The notes beneath the pieces were generated by a model, which was not told where the DNA came from, ran no database searches, and saw nothing but the letters and a program-made list of their open reading frames with translations. A stretch of DNA of 64,000 nucleotides. Source: Macrostomum hystrix. Lineage: Eukaryota > Animalia > Platyhelminthes. Below, piece by piece: positions 60,636-64,000 of this stretch. The first letter of the stretch is position 1; each line of letters opens with the position of its first letter. Both the position numbers and the translations under genes were made by a program. Location: the NCBI GenBank assembly GCA_950097015.1, contig CATNEN010000034.1:3038001-3102000 (forward strand). The letters run 5' to 3'.

Positions 60636-63600
60636 ATGAGTTTCGGCCGGCGCAACAACTTCATGGACCCGGACTTCAATCCGAGGCGGGGTCGTCAGCA
60701 GGTTTCGCCGAATGACGCCGGAGTTGCCACTAAGGGCAATGTGCCCAACGGATTGTTAAAGACAGCTCGCCAAACTGGAGTGCTCAATTTGTCCGATCGC
60801 GACTTAACTCACGTGCCTGATAAAGTCTGGGATGTGAGTTATAGGTTTTTCATTCTGACGGCCTGTTAGGAAGGTTTTTGCCCGGTGATTCGGGAGTTTA
60901 AAGCTCAGCATAGAAAAAAGTCTGTGTATTTGAGCAAGACTGTTTAAGGTTAGATATAATCTATAGAAAATTTATAGACCACACCTAACACAGTTGGGCC
61001 AGATGTATTGTACTTCCAAATGCTGTGTACGTTGCCACCCGTGCAGGTCGTCAAACCCGAAGCCTCGTCGGGCGACATCGCCCTTGACCGGGCGGCCGAC
61101 AACGGGCCGCGCTGGTGGGAGATGGTCGACATCACTAAGCTCCTGCTGTCGTCCAATCGTCTCGAGTCGCTCCCGGAGTCCATCAGCCAGCTGCCCAGCC
61201 TAGTATTGGTTGACTTGCGCGACAATCGACTGACGAGCCTGCCCGACGCCATCTGCCAGCTGGCCAACTTGCGCACACTTAACGCATCGAAGAACCGCCT
61301 AACGGAATTGCCGGCAAATTTAGCCTCCTGTACGTCACTGGTCCAGCTGAGTCTGTCGGCTAATTGTCTGACCGAATTGCTACCAAACATTGGCCGGCTA
61401 GATAACCTAGCCGAGCTGGACATTGCGGACAATCAGCTGTTGAGCTTGCCAGACAGTGTTGCCATGCTGCGCGGTCTCCGCTGCCTGGAGGCCGGCGGCA
61501 ATCGCCTGGAAAGCCTGCCGAGCGGCATCGCCCACCTGCCAGTCCTGAGTCGCCTAGGCTTAGCCGGCAATCAGCTCACCGACCTGCCAGGCGGACCCTA
61601 TCCGGCTCTGGATGTGCTGGACGCCTCTGACAATCGCCTAACTGACCTGCCTTCAATTGGCAGCGCCATCAACAGCGCCAGGCTTAAAGAGCTGCGCCTC
61701 ACCAACAATCAAATCTACCGCCTCCTGCCAGACCGGCTTGGGCCGCTCGGCGCGAGCCTGCGACATCTGGACCTGCGACGAAACTGCCTGACCCAATTGC
61801 CAGCCGAGCTGCCCGGCCTACTGCCGCTCCTAGAACGTCTGGACCTTGCCGAAAACGATTTGAGCGGCCTGCCCAATGAGCTCGGCCTACTTACCGGCCT
61901 CAAGTGCATTCTACTAGACGGCAATCCACTGCGCGCTCTGCGCCGCGAGGTGGTCTCCCGCGGCACCGAGGCAATCAAGAAGCACCTGGCGTCGCGCATC
62001 GCTCAGCCAGCCGCGGCCGAGGCCGCCGTGGACGCCGCCGCTGCGGTTGCGTCAGCCGCAGCAGCCACCGTTGCCGCCGGCGGCAGCGCCACTGAAGCCG
62101 CCGCTGCTGCCTACGCCTGTAGTAAGAAGATAAGCACCAACGAGTCCGCTCCTAAGACTGTTCTGCAGGTAAGCGTGGTCTTTAATTATCCCATTAATCC
62201 CGATTCTGGTATGTAGGTACTAATTTAAACTGTTGTCTTCACTTACACCAATCTCCAGGCTCTTCAGCAGCAGTTCGGCTTAGACCTGAATGAACTGCGT
62301 GTTACAAGAACTTTAAAGTACACCGACAAGCGGTTGGCAGAGGTGCCTGAGACTCTTCTAGAACTGCTGGCATCTGAGAATGAGATTGGAATTCAACTAA
62401 ATCGGCTAGACCTATCTGGCAATGATCTAACTGCTCTGCCTAGCCGGCTAACTAGGCCACCGTTTGCCGACACCCTGCAGCACGTGTCTCTGCGTAAGAA
62501 TAAGCTGGCTGGACAACTAGAGCCCGGTGTGACCCAGCTCTACGGCTTGACGGTGAGCTGGTTGTGTATGATTGATTGTTAGCATTAATAAGCCAGGTGT
62601 GTTAATTATGTAGTCTATATAAGCCAGGTGTGTTAATTTTGTAGTCTAGATAAGCCATGTGTGTTAATTATTTAGTCTAGATAAGCCCGGTGTGTTAATT
62701 ATGTAGTCGAGATGAGCCAGGTGTGTTAATTATGTAGTCTAGATAAGCCAGGTGTTAATTATGTAGTCTAGATAAGCCAGGTGTGTTAATTATGTAGTCT
62801 AGATAAGCCAGGTGTTAATTATGTAGTCTAGATAAGCCAGGTGTGTTAATTATGTAGTCTAGATAAGCCAGGTGTTAATTATGTAGTCTAGATAAGCCAG
62901 GTGTTAATTATGTAGTCTAGATAAGCCAGGTGTGTTAATTATGTAGTCGAGATGAGCCAGGTGTGTTAATTATGTAGTCTAGATAAGCCCGGTGTGTTAA
63001 TTATGTAGTCGAGATGAGCCAGGTGTGTTAATTATGTAGTCTAGATAAGCCAGGTGTTAATTATGTAGTCTAGATAAGCCAGGTGTGTTAATTATGTAGT
63101 CTAGATAAGCCAGGTGTTAATTATGTAGTCTAGATAAGCCAGGTGTTAATTATGTAGTCTAGATAAGCCAGGTGTGTTAATTATGTAGTCTAGATAAACC
63201 AGGTGTTAACTATGTAGTCTAGATAAGCCAGGTGTTAATTATGTAGTCTAGATAAGCCAGGTGTGTTAATTATGTAGTCTAGATAAACCAGGTGTGTTAA
63301 TTATGTAGTCTAGATAAGCCAGATGGGATAAATTATTGTTTAGATAGGACATGCGATTTAAATGACTGAGTTATTAATCTCATTTATCTTAGCTACCTAG
63401 CAAGAACTTATCAATTGCAATCTAATTCTTGTATCCAGGTGCTAGACCTGTCCGTCAATCAGCTAACCAGCCTGCCTAATGAGCTGACCAAGCTGTCCAA
63501 TCTGCGCGATTTAATTCTGTCCTACAATCGATTTGTGGACTTTCCCGAGCCGGTGTACAATATGCCAAAACTGGAGACCCTGCTATTGGCCAATAACGGC

Positions 63601-63822
63601 ATCTCCTCGCTGGCTCCTGATAGGCTGAGCGAGATGGCCTCACTGTCCACACTGGACCTGACTAATAACAACCTGGCCACTGTGCCGCCGCAGTTGGGCC
63701 TCTGTGCCGGACTGAAGAATCTTCACCTGGAGGGCAACCGGTTTCGGGTGCCTCGACCCGACCAGCTGGCTAAGGGTAGCGCCTTTGTGCTGGAATACCT
63801 ACGCAGCCGCATCGCCAGTTGA
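60636..63822 (+). CDS. LRRC40: Leucine-rich repeat protein LRRC40 (exons 60636-60833, 61047-62168, 62259-62552, 63439-63822)
   Basis: LLKTARQTGVLNLSDRDLTHVPDKVW, RWWEMVDITKLLLSSN, LDGNPLRALRREVVSRGT and terminal LEYLRSRI match LRRC40; phase-0 GT-AG introns. Confidence 0.88.
62588..63322. repeat. 29/31-bp minisatellite AGCCAGGT(GT)GTTAATTATGTAGTCTAGATA
   Basis: LRRC40 intron 3. Confidence 0.95.
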
Positions 63823-64000
63823 TTGATCACTGCAAGGGTCACCTAGCATTTTTTATATTCTGTAGGAATACATTTTGGAAATTAATCAATAAGGTCACAT
63901 TCTGCTGTGCGCCAGTGGCCATAATAAAAATAAGTTTCAGTGCCTCTAGACTTCTTTCCGTTTTTTGCTTGTACTCGTATTTACAGTTGTCAGCCAAAAA

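Overview
Eukaryotic (metazoan) genomic DNA. The style suggests a free-living flatworm such as Macrostomum: GC-rich exons with poly-Gln/poly-Ala runs and introns packed with minisatellites. That assignment is an inference, not shown by the sequence. Seven protein-coding genes could be assembled by hand across GT-AG introns: the 3' end of SAC1 (+), twist (-), Sobp (+), a co-oriented minus-strand run NDC80 > RAD54B > OXSM, and LRRC40 (+). There is also a disabled M13/neprilysin-like metallopeptidase. Mobile DNA comprises a 5'-truncated Mag-like Gypsy element with one LTR, two tRNA-derived SINE families, a hAT MITE nested in a SINE, a LOA-like non-LTR element with intact ORF1 but no EN/RT, and a decayed mariner. 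About 25 distinct minisatellite arrays explain most of the long ORFs in the supplied track. The most interesting leads are: (1) OXSM has no start codon of its own and is in phase to use a spliced-leader AUG, within a candidate NDC80-RAD54B-OXSM operon; (2) an ORF1-only 'half-LOA' retroposon with a duplicated, stem-conserved RNA motif in its 5' UTR; (3) a CpG desert with a TAGGCCTA cluster between NDC80 and LRRC40; (4) minisatellite periods clustering near 21 and 30-31 bp. All coordinates were read by eye and repeat boundaries are approximate.
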